Position numbers and translations under genes: made by a program. Of a DNA stretch of 64,000 nucleotides, positions 22,014 to 53,203 are shown piece after piece. Under the pieces are notes generated by a model, which saw nothing but the letters and a program-made list of their open reading frames with translations, was not told the origin of the DNA and made no database searches. The first letter of the stretch is position 1, and each line of letters starts with the position of its first letter. Origin of the DNA: Lama guanicoe (lineage: Eukaryota). The stretch lies in assembly GCA_013239625.1 (NCBI GenBank), contig MU054338.1:1180001-1244000 (forward strand), written 5' to 3'.

Positions 22014-22836
22014 CGCTGGGCGGTGGCCCCTGAGTCCACGCGCTGCAGCCTCGGGCCAGCTTGCCGTGGCCCCGTGGCCACAGCCAGATGCAAGCTGCAG
22101 GGCTGGCTGAGCTGCCGCCCCCACGGGGGGCACTTCCTTCACGTAAGACTTTGGCCGAGACTTCTACACCTGTGTCTAGTCCTCCCCTCCGAGAGCATTA
22201 ACTTTAAAACAAGGAAAAGAGAAAACCACAGCGGCCGTCCTGCCCCGCTCCCCGCCCGCCTGCTGAGTGAGTAGTGGGCCCGCCGCCGCCGCCGTTAGTG
22301 TGATTCAGTGCAGCTTCTCCCTCGATCCAAAGGCCGATTTCTCGAGGGGGCGCTGCGGGGCGTTGCTGCGGAGGGTGAGCCCGTCCTGGGCCTCCCCAAA
22401 CCAAAGGGGAAGGCGGGGTGGGGGCGGCCGGCAACCAAAATGCTGCACCAAAGCCTGGGCCGGCGGGCGTGGCCCGAGGGCTGTTTTGCGCACCTGCTCA
22501 AGGGGCCGCTGCAGGCCCGGAACTCGGGGCGCTGCCTCGTGGCCAGCCGGCAGCGCCGGGCGTGCGGGCTTCTTGTGTGGGCTGTGCGCTGCTGGCCGAG
22601 CAGTGGGAGACAAGCGCCTTAAAGCCCGTCCCAGCCCCGCAGGTGCGTGCGGAGCGGGCAGCCCCGTCAGTGCTGCCAGTGGTCCCTGGAGCCCCGCGTC
22701 CTGCGTGGGCAGAGCGGCTGGGGGTGCCCCCACGGCGTGTGCGTCTAGGTCTTGCTTTACAAAGTGTACAGAAATGGCACTTCCGTTTCTTTGATGCTTC
22801 CTGGAAGCCATAGAACTTAGGGGCTTTTTTAAAAAA

Positions 22837-22842
22837 AATAAA
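22837..22842 (+). terminator. CSNK1G2: CSNK1G2 polyadenylation signal AATAAA
   Basis: AATAAA with an upstream U-tract and downstream GU-rich gtgtggtgtcgtctttc, about 820 nt after the stop. Confidence 0.85.
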
Positions 22843-24404
22843 GGAAAATGAAACCAGTCCTCAGTGTGGTGTCGTCTTTCCGAGAGGCTTGGCCGAGCCA
22901 AGCAGCAGCTCAGATACAGTGTCCCTGGGGGGGACGGGCGGAGGTGGGACAGTCTGGAAAGGAGGCAGGGAGTGTCAGGCCCCTTGCTCAGGAGAAGCGG
23001 ATGGTGGGAAACAGTAGCAGAACTAAAGCGAAGGTAAGCACTGGGCTGGGTTATTGGGAGTAGGTGGGAAGAACAGCCTTAAGCAAACAGTGATGGGAGG
23101 GGGAGACCACAGATCCGGGCGTTGAAGGACCCTGGGTCTCCACACGCACGTTGGGACCCCTGACTCAGGCTGCTTCCCTTCCAGGAGCAAAGAGGCGCCA
23201 ACTGTGTCTGGGTGCTTGGGTCTCGAGGGAGGCCAACAGCGCCAAGTGGGAAGCCCGGTGGCGGCCTCCCAGTCACCACGGACGCAGCAGAGGAAAAGCG
23301 ATCTTGGTGGCTACAGAGTGACTGTTTCTGTCCCCCAGCATCCAGAGGTTGCCACGAACCCCCAGCAGGATGGTGTTAGGAGGTGAGGCCTTCACAACAG
23401 CGGGCAACTGGCAGGACGCAGATCAGCAACAATTCTTTAAACATTTCAACAGGGATCCCAGGAAGCTGAAGATGCTGACAGCACCTGCCCTGCCTGCTGC
23501 CAGCCTGCTCAGGACAAGTCAGAGCCACCGAGGGGAAGGCCAGGTGTGTGCCAAGTCCTGCCCACACTTCAAAAGTAAGTGAAGTCCCCAGATACCCCGT
23601 TGGGTCTTGGCCCCCTGCGTCTCTGTCAGGCTGTGGGAGCAATGGCAGGGGTCGGGGGCAGCCAGCAAGTGGCCAGAAGCAAAGGGAGCAGGAGTTCACA
23701 GCACGACCCAACACGGTCCTCCGCCCCAGCAACAGGATGCCCGGCCTCCCCAGGGAGATGACCTGAGGCCGGAGGAGGGCAGGCGCACAAGGCTACTCCA
23801 ACAGGGTCAGAGGATGTGAAACCATCTTGGCTCAGAAATTCAGAAACTAAGGAGGGACATGGATGGAACCCAGGCCTGGAAACAACTGATGGGATTTGGG
23901 AAGGAAGCGTGAAAACAAAATGACTTTAGAAAAGGATAAACTGCCCGGTGCCCAAAGTGCCGAGAAGGATGTGGGAAAAGACCTTGGAAGCAGGAGGAGA
24001 ATGCAGAGGTGAAGCAGTGAGTGGTGTGGGGAGCGCGGAGGTGATGCCGGGCAGCAGCGGAGGGAGGGTTTCAACCTGCATCTTTGAAAACGTGGGTCAG
24101 AACGACCACTGAAGACTGGGAGACCTGAACCTCCAGGTGAATCAGAACAGTCACCCATGAGGCATGTCCTTGCAAGACAATCACCGTCAAGGCCCACAGG
24201 CAAAGAGGTAGAATCTTTATCAAAGCGAGAGGGTTCGGCCTCGGGAGGGAGGCAACGATGGAGTAGCCTTTTCAGAAGCCAGGGGCTCCAGGTGCTGCCA
24301 GGACGCGCTGGACGCGCTGGACCGCGAGGCAGAGGGGAGGCCAGCCTGAGCCCTGCGGGGTGGGCTGGAGCCAGAGGCACCAACTCAGGCTCGCTTGCTC
24401 TTTA

Positions 24405-25040
24405 AATTGCGGTCAGTTACAGTGTGTCAGTTTCTGGTGTGCAGCACCGTGTCCCAGGCGTGCACACACATACTTTTCTTTAAAGGCTATCGTAAGACAC
24501 TGACTATAGTTCCAGGTGCTACACAGAAGACATTTGTTCTTTTAAATCTATCCTTATGTACAGTGGTCACCATTTGCAAATCTCAGGCTCCCACGTTCCC
24601 CCTTTCCTGCTCCCTTTCTCTCCCCTCAGACCGTAAGACTCTGCGAATCTGCTTCTGTTTTGTAGATGACTTCCTTAGTGTCCTCTTTTTTCATTTTTCT
24701 TTTTTTTTAGATTCCACACATAAGTAACGTAGGGTATTTTTCTCTTTCGGGCTTATTTCACTTAGAATGATGATCTCCAGGTCCATCCGGGTCACTGTGG
24801 ATAGCATTATTTCACTTTTTTAAATGGCGGAGTTGTGTTCCGTTGCATATACACCACAGCTTCTTTACCCAGCCACCTGCTGATGGACATTTAGGGTGCT
24901 TCCATGTCTTGGCTGTTGTAAACAGTGCTGTTATGAACACTGGGGTGCGCATCTTTTCGAATTAGAGTTCCCTCTGTTTACATGCCCAGGAGTGGGACTG
25001 CTGGATCAGAGGGTAAGTCTGTCTGTTTTTTTGAGGATCA
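24405..25040 (-). mobile_element. Lineage-specific L1 3' end
   Basis: ttagattccacacataagt, cttatttcacttagaatgatgatctccaggtccatcc, gatggacatttagg. Confidence 0.8.
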
Positions 25041-25499
25041 TGTGCCGGTTCATAATAACCAGCAGCGGAGAAGCGCGGAGGTGGCGGTGCGCCTGCAGGC
25101 CGGCAGGCAGTGTCCTCTTCCACTCCCCCCACGTGTGCTGTTTCTGCCATTTATGTTACTTCTGGCGTCTGTTAAAAGCGCGCGATTCCCTGTCACCATG
25201 TTTGTTTACGTGGTCAAGTCTCACAGATACAGTTTTGGAGAGTTCCCGTGTGTTCACCCCCATGTCACCACCTCCCACCTCCCTGTTTCTCCCTGCCGCC
25301 AGCAGCTTCCCTCCAGGACCCTGGCCTTTCCACCCAAACACTCCCTTTAATATTCCCTGTGGTGTGGGGTGTTGTGAAAAAATTCAGCCTTTAGTTGCCC
25401 GAAGACACCACCTGCATTGGCAGGAGGTATGTTCAGCGGGAGTGGGGTTCCGGGTTGGCAGTGGTTTGGGCGTGGCCGTGGCCTTTGCGTGTCTTTTTT

Positions 25500-26005
25500 T
25501 TTCCTGCTGAAGTACAGTCAGTTACAGTGAGTCCATTTCTGGGGCACAGCACAGTGTCCCAGTCATGCATATACATACATGTATTCGTTTCTGTATTTTT
25601 CATTAAAGGTTATTACACGATATTAAACATAGTTCCCTATGCTGTACAGAAAAAACTTTTTAAATCTATTTTTATATGTAGTGGCTAACATTTGCAAATC
25701 TCAAACTCCCAAATTTATCTCTTCCCACCCCTTCCCCAGTAACCATAAGATTGCTTACTCTGTCTGCGAGTCAAGTCTGTTTGTTTTGTAGGTGAGTTCA
25801 TCGTGTTCTTTGTTTTCGATTCCACGTATGAGAAAAACACCCTATGGTATTTTTCTCTTTCCGGCTTCATTTAACGTGATGATCTCTAGGTCCATCCATG
25901 TTGCTGCAAATGGCATTTTACGGTTTTATGATCGAGTCGTGTTCCACGGTGTGTGTATATACACACCACAACTTCTTCATCCAGTCATCTGTCAGTGGAC
26001 ATCTA
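25500..26005 (-). mobile_element. Lineage-specific L1 3' end (same family as the 24.4 kb copy)
   Basis: gaagtacagtcagttacagtg..., atagttccctatgctgtacag, ccatccatgttgctgcaaatggc. Confidence 0.8.
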
Positions 26006-27199
26006 CGTGGCGCCTTTTAGCATCTTAAAGATGCCGTCCCATCGGGGAGCTGCCACCATCAACCCTTTGAAGGAGCGTGCCGTTTTTGTCTGGTTGCTCT
26101 TGAGTGTTTTACCTTTGTCTTGAAGGTACTTGGCTACAAAGTGTGGCTTTTCCCGTATTTACCCTGCTGCATGTTTGCTGAGCATTGTGGGTCTGCAGGG
26201 TGGTACTTTCCATCAGTCTGTTAGCTCTTCACACACCTGGTGTGCCCGTCTTCTCTTTGCACCTCAGGATTCCAGTGACCTGTGTGCGGGGCTGTGTGAA
26301 GTGACCCCGCAGGTCTCTCATACTCTGCTCTGGGTTCCTTCCCCCTGTTTTCTGTCTGGGCTTCAGCCTGGAGAACTTGGACCTGTCTTTGGAGATAAAT
26401 ACTTGGCCTCTCCAGTTGTGTCTCCTGTAAGTGACCAAATCCGGTACATCCGTTCAGGTATTTTTCAGTTCCAGAGGCTCTATTCTCTTCGTAGCATTTC
26501 CATTTCTCTGTTGAAATCCTCTCTCTTCACCCCATGCCCTGTTTTCCTCTCTGTTCTTTACCGGATTCATCGCAGTGATTTCTCCCATCCTTGGCATCTG
26601 GTGTCGGCATCGGGGCCTCTGTGGGTCTGCGTCTGTCGACTGGTTTCCCTCTTGATTATGGGTAGCATTTCCGTCCTTGCCATGTTCCCAGTTTTCATTG
26701 CCTTCCAAGTCCCGTGTGAAGGGACGAGAAGCCAGGTGCCTCTCCCCCAGCAAGAGCGCGCCCTCCCTCCCCGGGGAGCCTGGGGGAGGGTCTCCCAGGA
26801 GCGGAGCTGGCTGCGGAGGCTGGGCTTCCACCTCGATCAGCTTCAGTTCTAGCCCAGCGGTCCTGACACTCACTTAGGTCTTCACCTGCTAGCCCCGCGT
26901 TCTGATTTCCCTGATCTCTAAGTGCAAAAGACTGCAGGTTTCACTCTGGCCCTCCACCCAGCCTGCTCACAGCCCAGCACGGAGCAAAGTCCCGTGGGAG
27001 ACAGTCTGCCCATCTCCTCCAGGCCCCGGTCTGTTCCGCCAGCCCTCGTGGCCACCAGCCTCTCTGCTGGCTCCTCCTTCCCCAGGCGACGCCCTGCCCC
27101 CAGCTCTGCAGACGCCTGGGGGCAACGCTGGCCTCCGCCCCCCTGGGAGGGACCGCTGCCTCACTGCAGCTTGGCTCCACGGGATGCCTCGCGTCCACA

Positions 27200-27890
27200 C
27201 CTCACTGATGACGTTTCAGCTGCACGTGAGTATTTAACCTAGGGTGTACACTGCAACGGTCTTACGCACACGCTGTGGGACAGTCACCACAATCGAGGTG
27301 ATCAGCACAGCCATCCCCTCACCCGGTTACCTTTCTTGGTGTGTGCTGAGAACACTCAGGAGATAACTCTCCTGGCCAATTTCAAGTACAGAACAGAGTG
27401 TTGTAACTGTGGCACCGTGCTGCACGTGGGCGCCCAGATCCCCAGAGCTCACTCATCCTCGTGACTGGAAGCCTGTGTCCCTCAGCCAGCACCTTCCCCT
27501 CCCAAGCCCAGCAGCCCCTGGCACTCACCGTTCTCTCTGCCTGCATGATTTCATCTTAACTCTAGATTCCGCATATAAGTGAGGTCAGACAATATGTATC
27601 TCTCTGTGTCTGGCTTATTTCACTCAGCATAATGTTCTCCAGGGCCATTGTTCAGGTTGCAGATGGCAAGATTTCTTTCTTTTCTAAGGCTGAATAATAT
27701 TCATACATATATAATTTCCTTTGTCCGTTCATCCATCTGGACACTTAGGTTGTCTCCAAGTCTTGGCAATTGGGAATAATGCTGCTGTGAACGTGGGGGT
27801 GCAGATGTGCTCTGAGATAACTGATTTCATCTCCTTTGAGTACACGTCCAGAAGTGGGACTGCTGGACACATAGTAATTCTCTTTAAATT
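27200..27890 (-). mobile_element. L1MA/L1MB-type 3' end
   Basis: ctagattccgcatataagtgag, tggcttatttcactcagcataatg; translation CTPTFTAALFPIAKTWRQPKCP. Confidence 0.8.
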
Positions 27891-28339
27891 TTCTTGCATT
27901 AAGTCCATAGAGTTCTCCATAGACACTGAACCTGTGTGTGATTTCTGTAGTGACTCTATCCTTCTGTCTAGTTTTACTTCTAACCAGCTGAAGTTGCGGT
28001 CTGCCGTGTCAGTCTGTATCCTAACAGGAGCTGAGCCCCTCTGATCATCTCTTGAATGTCGGGCCTGCTGCTGTAGTGCTGTTCCCTTCTCACTTCTGAT
28101 ACTGGTCTCCTGTTGTCTTTAAAATAAAACAAAACCTTTTGCTGTGGTTTCATCAAAGAACCAACTAATGTTTGGATTTCATTTGTTTTCTGCTTCGTTT
28201 TTGGTCTCGTTATTTTGTTATTTCTCCTGTTTGGCTTGAACTTGCTGTTAATTTTCTAGTTTCTTAAGATGAAAGCTTTGACCATCAATTTTATTTTTAT
28301 TATGTACTTTTAAAGTTTCCTTACTCATTTTTTCTTTAA

Positions 28340-29940
28340 TATTTTAAAAAAGTTTTACACAATTTTTAAAGTTACTTTCCATTTAGTTTTTACAAAATGT
28401 TGGCTCTGTTCCTGCCTTGTCCGGTACAGCCTTGAGCCTGTCTCCCACCCAGCAGTTTGCAGCTTCCTCTCCCCACCCCTGGGTCGCCCCTCCCCACGCT
28501 GGTGGCCATTAGTCTGTTCTCTGTATCTGTGAGTCTGCTGCTTTTTTTGTTACATTCCCCAGTTTGTTTTGTTTTTTAGGGTCCATATGTAAGTGATGCA
28601 CAGTATTTGTCCTCTTATTTCACTTAGCGTAATGCTTTCCAGATCCATCCATGTTGCTGCAGATGGCAAATTTTTCTTCTTTTTTATAGCTGAGTAGTAT
28701 TCCATTGTGTACATACACCACCTCTTCTTTATCCAGTCGTCTGCTGATGGACACTTAGGTTTCTTCCACGTCTTGGCCATCGTACATAACGCTGCTGTGA
28801 ACATTGGGTGCATGTGTCTTTTTGAATTGGTGTTTTTGTTGGGGTTTTTTGGGGGGGAATGTAGAGCCAGGAGTGGAACTGCTGGACCATATGGTAGCTC
28901 TGTTTGTAGGTGTCTGAGAAACCTCTGTGCTGTTTTCTCCAGGAGCTGCCAGTTTACATTCCCACCTGCGGTGCGCGAGGTCTCCTTCCTCCCCACGCCC
29001 CTGCCAGCACTTAGCGTCCATGCTCTTTTTGATTCCGACAGGTACGAGGTGACGGCTCATTGTGGTCCTGATTTGCACTTCCCTCATCATTAGCCGCGTT
29101 GAGCATCTGTTCAGGTGCCTGTTAGCCATCTGCGTGTTCTCCTTGGAAAAATACCTATTCAGTTCTGCCCATTTTTTAATTGGTTGGTTTGGTTTTCTCC
29201 TGTTGAGTTTGTCTGAGCTGTTTGTAGACGTTCGATATTGGTCCCTTATCAGTCACAGCGCTTGCAAATGTTTTCTCCTACTCAGTACGTTGTCTTTTTT
29301 TTTTTTTGATGGTTTCCTTTGCTCTGCAAAGGCTTTTAAGTTTAATTAGGTTCCATCTGTTTATTTTTCTGTTTATTTCCTATACTTTAGAAGATGGATC
29401 CAAAAAGATATTTCTGCAATTTATGTCAGAGCATTCTGTCTGTTTTCCTGTAGGAGTCTTACAGTATCTGGTCTCACATCTAGTTCTTTGATCCATCGAG
29501 TTTATTTTTGTATGCGGGGTGCTGGAGAGCGTGCTAATTTCACTCTTTCACGCGTGGCTGCCCGGTTTTCGCGGCACCACTTACTGAGGAGACGGTGTTC
29601 CCCACTGCGCGGTCCCGCCGCCTGCGTCGCAGGCCGGTTGGCCGTGAGCGCGCGGGCTTGTTCTGGGCCCCCTGCCCTGCTTGCTGATCTGCGTGTCTGC
29701 TTCCGCTCCTGCGCCACACGGCCAGGGTCACCGTAGCCGAGCAGTCTGACGTCAGGGAGCCTGCTTCCTTCAGTTCTGCTGGTTCTCAGGACTGGCTTGG
29801 CTCTTTAGGGTCTTGTGTTTCCATGTAAGTTTTAAAATTACTTGCTCTAGTTCTGTGAAATGCCATGGGTTGCGTTAAATCTGTAGGTTGCCTTGGGTAG
29901 TGTGGTCATTTTGATGCCACTGATTCTTCCAATCTAGACC
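28340..29940 (-). mobile_element. 5'-truncated L1 (ORF2 C-terminal region plus 3' UTR), frameshifted
   Basis: Translations [33 protein letters not shown] and MFTAALCTMAKTWKKPKCPSADDWIKKRWCMYTMEYYSAIKK match L1 ORF2. Confidence 0.9.
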
Positions 29941-32155
29941 ACTGATTTTCAACATTTGTTTTCCAATCTATGGATAAAGTATAAATGTCCCCCTCAATTC
30001 TGCTTTTAGCAGGGTCCTTAAATTCTGGTATATTACAATTGAATATTTTTCCCAATTTCCAGATGGTTTCTATTCTAGCCTATGTTTTATATAAAAGTGT
30101 TTCTTAATTACCAGACATTGGGGGATTTCTTGTTATTTTACGGGTGGCTCCAGTCCGACTCCCCTGCAGTTGGAGACCAGTGCGCAGGAGGTGAGTGACC
30201 TCGTCCAGGCCCGAGTCACGGCACAGCGCTCTGCTGCTGCGCGCGGCAGGCGCTCGGTGTGTGGGGTTCTGTGTGCGCCAGTTACGGCAGGTCTGTCGTG
30301 CATGTTCAGATCTTAAACACCGGGATTTCTTCTGTCTCTACAGAGAGGTGTGATGGTGTCTGTCTCCAGCTGTGAGCACAGATTTGCTTATTTCTCAGTT
30401 TCGTCTATTCAGCTCTTACTTTGAACCTGTTTTCTGGTGCATAAGTATTTAGGACTGTTAAAAAAATACAGTTAGCCCTTTTTTCCCTGTGAAATGTCCT
30501 TTCAGCAACACTTACTGCTTCACAGTCTGCTGCTTCTGATGCTGGTGGAAGTACGCTTTCTTTTGGTTAGCATTTGTGTGAGTGACTCTGTCCACCTTTC
30601 CTCTTCCCTCTGTGGCTCTGTGACTGCAGCGAGGCTCTGGCGGTTACCGAGCAGTCTGGTTCCGTGTCCAGTCTGCCGCCCTCACCTTTGACCTGGAGAG
30701 TGCGATCCACTTGCTTGCGGGGCAGTTGCTGGTGCTGCCAAGCTCAGCCTGCCGTTCCGCGGTCCGCCTTCCTTTGCCTCCGTCTGTCTTTTGTCTTTAT
30801 GTTCACTTGGGAGGGGCAGCGAGTTCTAGTTTGGTAGTTCTTTCTGTTTCCTGGCTGCTTTTAAGGTGTTTCCTTCGGCTTTCAGCAGTTCGATTATGTG
30901 TGTTTTTGTTTTTAATTCTACTTTGGGTCACTGGACTTGTTACGTATGTGGATTGATGTCCTGACACATTTTGAAGATTCTCAGCTACCTCTCTTCGCAC
31001 GTAACCTTTGCCCCACCCTCCCTCTTCCTCCCCTCGGTGATGCAACTGCCACGTAGGCCTTCTGACCGTCCCTCAGGTCTTTGTGCTGCTCTCGCGTTCT
31101 TCTCATTTTGCTTCACCGTGGATACTTTCATTACCCTCTGCTGTGGTGTCCAGGCTACTGTTGCTCCTAGCCACCAAGTTCATTACAGATAATGTATTTG
31201 TCAGTGCTAGAATGTCTAGATACAGACGTTCCACCTCTGCTGAAATTCTCCGTTAAGACATCTGTTTTGTCCTTCATTTTCTCTGCTGTCTTGAATGTAT
31301 GAATTCTCTGATAATCTCAGCTCTGAAGTGGAAGCATGTGGATCCATTTCCATTTCCCCTCTCACTCTGTAGTCTGGGTGCAGGCCACTGCCATGAGCGC
31401 GAGTCGAGGCTGGTACTGCTGCCATCTCTCTCCAGGGGCCGTCACGTGTTCCTTTCCGCAGGGAGACAGTCGCCATGGCTCACTGTGACCCGACCCAGCC
31501 GCAGGTCCTGGGACTGGGACACAGCTGTCTCTGGGGCTGTTCTGTAACCGCGCTGTCTTGCTGCCAAGGCTGTGCTTCTGCTCATGCCCACCCTCCGCAG
31601 CTGGCCCAGCTGTGCCCTGGGCCAGCACCACCTGTCCTGTCCTCCTGAGGAGGCAGCCTTGAACCACAGTGGCCCCCAGGACAGGCTGCTCTTGGGGCTG
31701 CACTAGAAGGCCTGGCCACCTGGCCCTCGGCCCCTCTCCCAGGGCCGGCCTGCAACATGGCAGGCCTCAGGGCCTGAGGGCCAGAGCTCGGGGCACAACC
31801 TGGGCCCCTGCTGTGTGCCTCGTGCAGCCCCAGCTCCAGAGGGCAGAGCCCAAGATCCCAGCACAGTTCAGTGCAGTGGGGGTTCCCCACTGCTGGAGAG
31901 CAGTAGCACAACAGGAGGCCCTGAGGTTTCACGTGGAGGGTCCCTATGGCGGGGTGGGTGGGGGTAGGAGCCGTGCGTGATCTGGAGGCCTTGAAGCTGA
32001 GACAGCTCCTCCCACAGGCCCCCAGCCCAGCCAGGCCCTCTAACGGGGAGGGGGGGAACAGCTGCAGCGAGAAGGGCCAGGTGTCCAGCTCCAGGGGCCC
32101 CCCTGCCGGCTCCGACGGGAAGCAGCACGTGGGGCAGGATGGTGTGTTTCTTTCC

Positions 32156-32161
32156 TTTATT
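32156..32161 (-). terminator. BTBD2: BTBD2 polyadenylation signal AATAAA
   Basis: tttatt on the + strand, about 870 nt after the stop, with a U-tract upstream on the sense strand. Confidence 0.85.
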
Positions 32162-33033
32162 TAAAAAAACATTTTGGGGTGCGGTGTGAGGACACACCTT
32201 CCATGGCTTCGGGGAAGACACAGGTTCCAGGTGGAGACACTAGGATAGGAAGGGGGCAGTACCTGGGGGCCGGGGAGGGGCTGGCCCTCCAGCACCTCTG
32301 TGCAGAGCGCTCTGGAGGCTTGGGAGGCAGGGGCAGGGCTGCAGGATGCACGGGCGGGCAGGCCGGCTGGGACTATGCCCTCCCGGCTGACCTGCAGTAT
32401 TGCCCCTCCCAGGCAGGCAGGGTTTGCCACCCTGTCCTCATCTGTAAGGACTGGGAAGGACCATCCAGAGAGGCTGGACAGGGATGGCCCTTTGCTGGGT
32501 CCACTGGGTAGGCCTGGGCCTGGCAGGAAGCCGGCCTGCGGGACCTCGGGAGAGCTCAAGCCTGCGTCTAAGGGGCGGGTCAGGGTGGCCTGAGCATCCC
32601 CAGTGAACCAAACAGGATGTGAGCCCCACCCCACTACACAAGGGGCCCCGCATGAGGTCTCCTAGCAGAGAAACGGGCATCCCGGACGCACCACCATGTG
32701 CAGCTGAAACACACACGGGGCGACACCCTACACAAATCCTGCGGTCAGGCAGCTGGGCAGGCAACCCCCGTCTCAGGGCGAGGTCAGGCCAGCCCCGCCC
32801 CCCCGAGTCCTGAGGGACTGTCCCCCACCACCCCGGCCACCTCCCGGCTCCCTGGAGCAGGCGGCCAGCTGGCTGCCCCGCGGTGGAGTGCGAAGATGCC
32901 TCCTGGTGCCTGGGAACGTGGCAGGGGTGCCCGGCAGCGGGGCGGGGCCCAGCGCGGCCTGGGATGGGATGGCCTACTTGTGCTGGGTGACATCGGGGCT
33001 GTGGCGTCCCCGGGCCGTGCGGGGCCCAGCGGC

Positions 33034-51036
<18,003 letters not shown>

Positions 51037-51156
51037 NNNNNNNNNNNNNNNNNNNNNNNNNNNNNNNNNNNNNNNNNNNNNNNNNNNNNNNNNNNNNNNN
51101 NNNNNNNNNNNNNNNNNNNNNNNNNNNNNNNNNNNNNNNNNNNNNNNNNNNNNNNN
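51037..51156. other. Assembly gap (120 N)
   Basis: Run of N. Confidence 1.
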
Positions 51157-51214
51157 AGGAGGGAGGGGCGGGGCGGGGGCGAGCGGGTGGAGGCCCGGTG
51201 CCTCGGACCCTGGG

Positions 51215-51790
51215 CCCCGCCTCCAGACCCCCGGCCTCAGACAGGGGCCCCGCGTGCTAGATCTCGTACTTCAGACCCGGGGCCCAGACGCCGGACTCCA
51301 GATCCTTTACCTCGGATCCTGGACCCTGGATTCTAGATCTCTCACTTCAGACCCCGGACCCCGGGTTCTCGGTCCTTTACTTCTGACTCCGGACTCTAGA
51401 TCCCTTGCCTCGGACCCCGGACTCTGGACCCCAGATCCCTGACCTCACACCTCGGGCCCCAGATTCTAAATCGCCAACCTCAAACCCTGGACCCCACACA
51501 CTAGAGCCCAGACCAGGAACTGCAACCCCAGACCTCAAACCTCAAACCCCTGACCTCAGATTCCAGATCGCCAGCCCCAGATCCTAGATCCTCAGTCCCG
51601 GGGGCCCCAGACCTCAGACCCCAGGCTCTGGATCCCAAACTCCAGACCTCAGATCCCCAAACCCAGAACCCAACCCCAGTCCATGAAACTCAGATCCCGA
51701 TCTCTGACCCAGGACCCCCGATCCCAAATCCAGATCTGACTCCAGAGTCCAAACTCCAGACGTGGGATCCTGGATCCCAGCCCCCAGCCC
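51215..51790. repeat. Degenerate ~7-nt periodic repeat (CCYRGAY) upstream of BTBD2
   Basis: ccagacc/ccggacc/tcagatc/ctggacc units repeated over about 570 bp. Confidence 0.8.
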
Positions 51791-53203
51791 CAAGTGGTCT
51801 GCCTGCCCAGTGGAGGGGACCCCACTGCACAGAGGGCTCAAGGCACAATCCCAGAGACTGCCTCCGAGTGCAGGGGGTGCTCGGTGCACCCAGACTCAGC
51901 AGACACACAGGGCCCTTCTCTGGGCCGGGTCTGGCTGCCTGGGGTGGACAGAGCTGGAACCCCGAAAAGCTGCTGCACCCACCGTGGCTTATGGCCTGAC
52001 TGTTTTGTTGAGGAGGCACATGGAACTAGGGGCAGAAAAAGGAGTCCCTGGAACAACCTGGGGGTCGCAACCTGGAGATGCAGCCTGAAGGTTGTAGGGG
52101 GGTTACAACTTCAGGGCTGCAAGGGGGCAGCCTGAGGGAGGGCTTCCTGGAGGAAGGGTTGCTGACCAGTGACTCAGGGTCAGGAAAATGAATAGGCGGG
52201 GCAGGGGTTGGGGGAGCCTCTTTCAAGTCGCAGAGATGCACGAAGCTGGGCAGATGGGGGGCGTGAGGGGTCAGCAGCTGGTCAGCACAGACCTGGCCCC
52301 ACAGGCACACGTGGGGCCCTCCTCCAGCCCCTTCCTGTGCCTGGGACTTCAGTAACACCTGTGATAATTTAGCATCTCAAAAGTGGTGGAGACCCCCAGG
52401 GGTCTCGGGCCTGGTTGGTATCATGGAGAAGGGATTTCTGCGTGAGGGATTTCTCTGTGGACACCCAGGAGAGCCCCAGGCAAGACAGTCCATCTCGGCT
52501 TCCAGTCTCTGCCCGATTCCTGGGCCGGTTCTTACCTCCAAAGCAGACCCTGAGCCCGCCCCTCCCCAGAGCCCCATGAGGCCCACCTTCACCAGCGTGT
52601 AGCCTCTGCACTTAATTTACTACTCTGCTGTCACCATCGTGAAATGTGTAATAATTTTTTAGTAAGGGGCCCCGTGTTTTCATTTTGCATGGTCCTCCTG
52701 GAATTCTGCAGGGGCGCAGGCTCCACTCCTCCTCCATCGTCATCTAAAACTGCCCAGCCCTCTCCCTACAACCCCCAGCCCCAACCACCTACCCTTCCTC
52801 ACACGTTTTAAAATCTAGTCTCCTCCCAGCTTAAACCAGGTCTCTGGAAGTTCTGCTTAAAGCCCTCCAGGGACCCCCTCATTGAAAGCCAGACCCCTTC
52901 ATCTGGGGACATCCTCTACCCCAGGGGTAAGGACCCAGCTCTGCAGACTGCACCAGCCCTCCCGGCTCAACACCTTCCAGCCCCACCTCACAGGAAGTTC
53001 TCCTGTCCCATGCGCTTGGCCTCTAGAGTTTATAAGATCCCACCTTGCCGGCCCGCTGCCCCTGCTCCTCGGGGTGAGGCACTTACTGAAGGCCAGACAG
53101 TACAATGTTATAACCACGAACAAACATGTCCCCAACCAGGAGATACATTGTTTTCCAAAGACTTTTTTTTTCACTCTAAAAGTAGTATATAAAAAATAAA
53201 CGC

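Larger units (their letters stand above)
20400..22750. other. Gene-body/3' CpG island over CSNK1G2 exons and 3' UTR
   Basis: Very high GC and CpG in exons, introns and UTR. Confidence 0.7.

Noticed and set aside
28550..29129. L1 ORF2-like ORFs as an active or domesticated gene
   Set aside because: Frameshifted, 5'-truncated fragments.
51215..51790. Periodic repeat as a CRISPR-like array or coding repeat
   Set aside because: No constant repeat/unique spacer structure, eukaryotic context, and only short ORFs.
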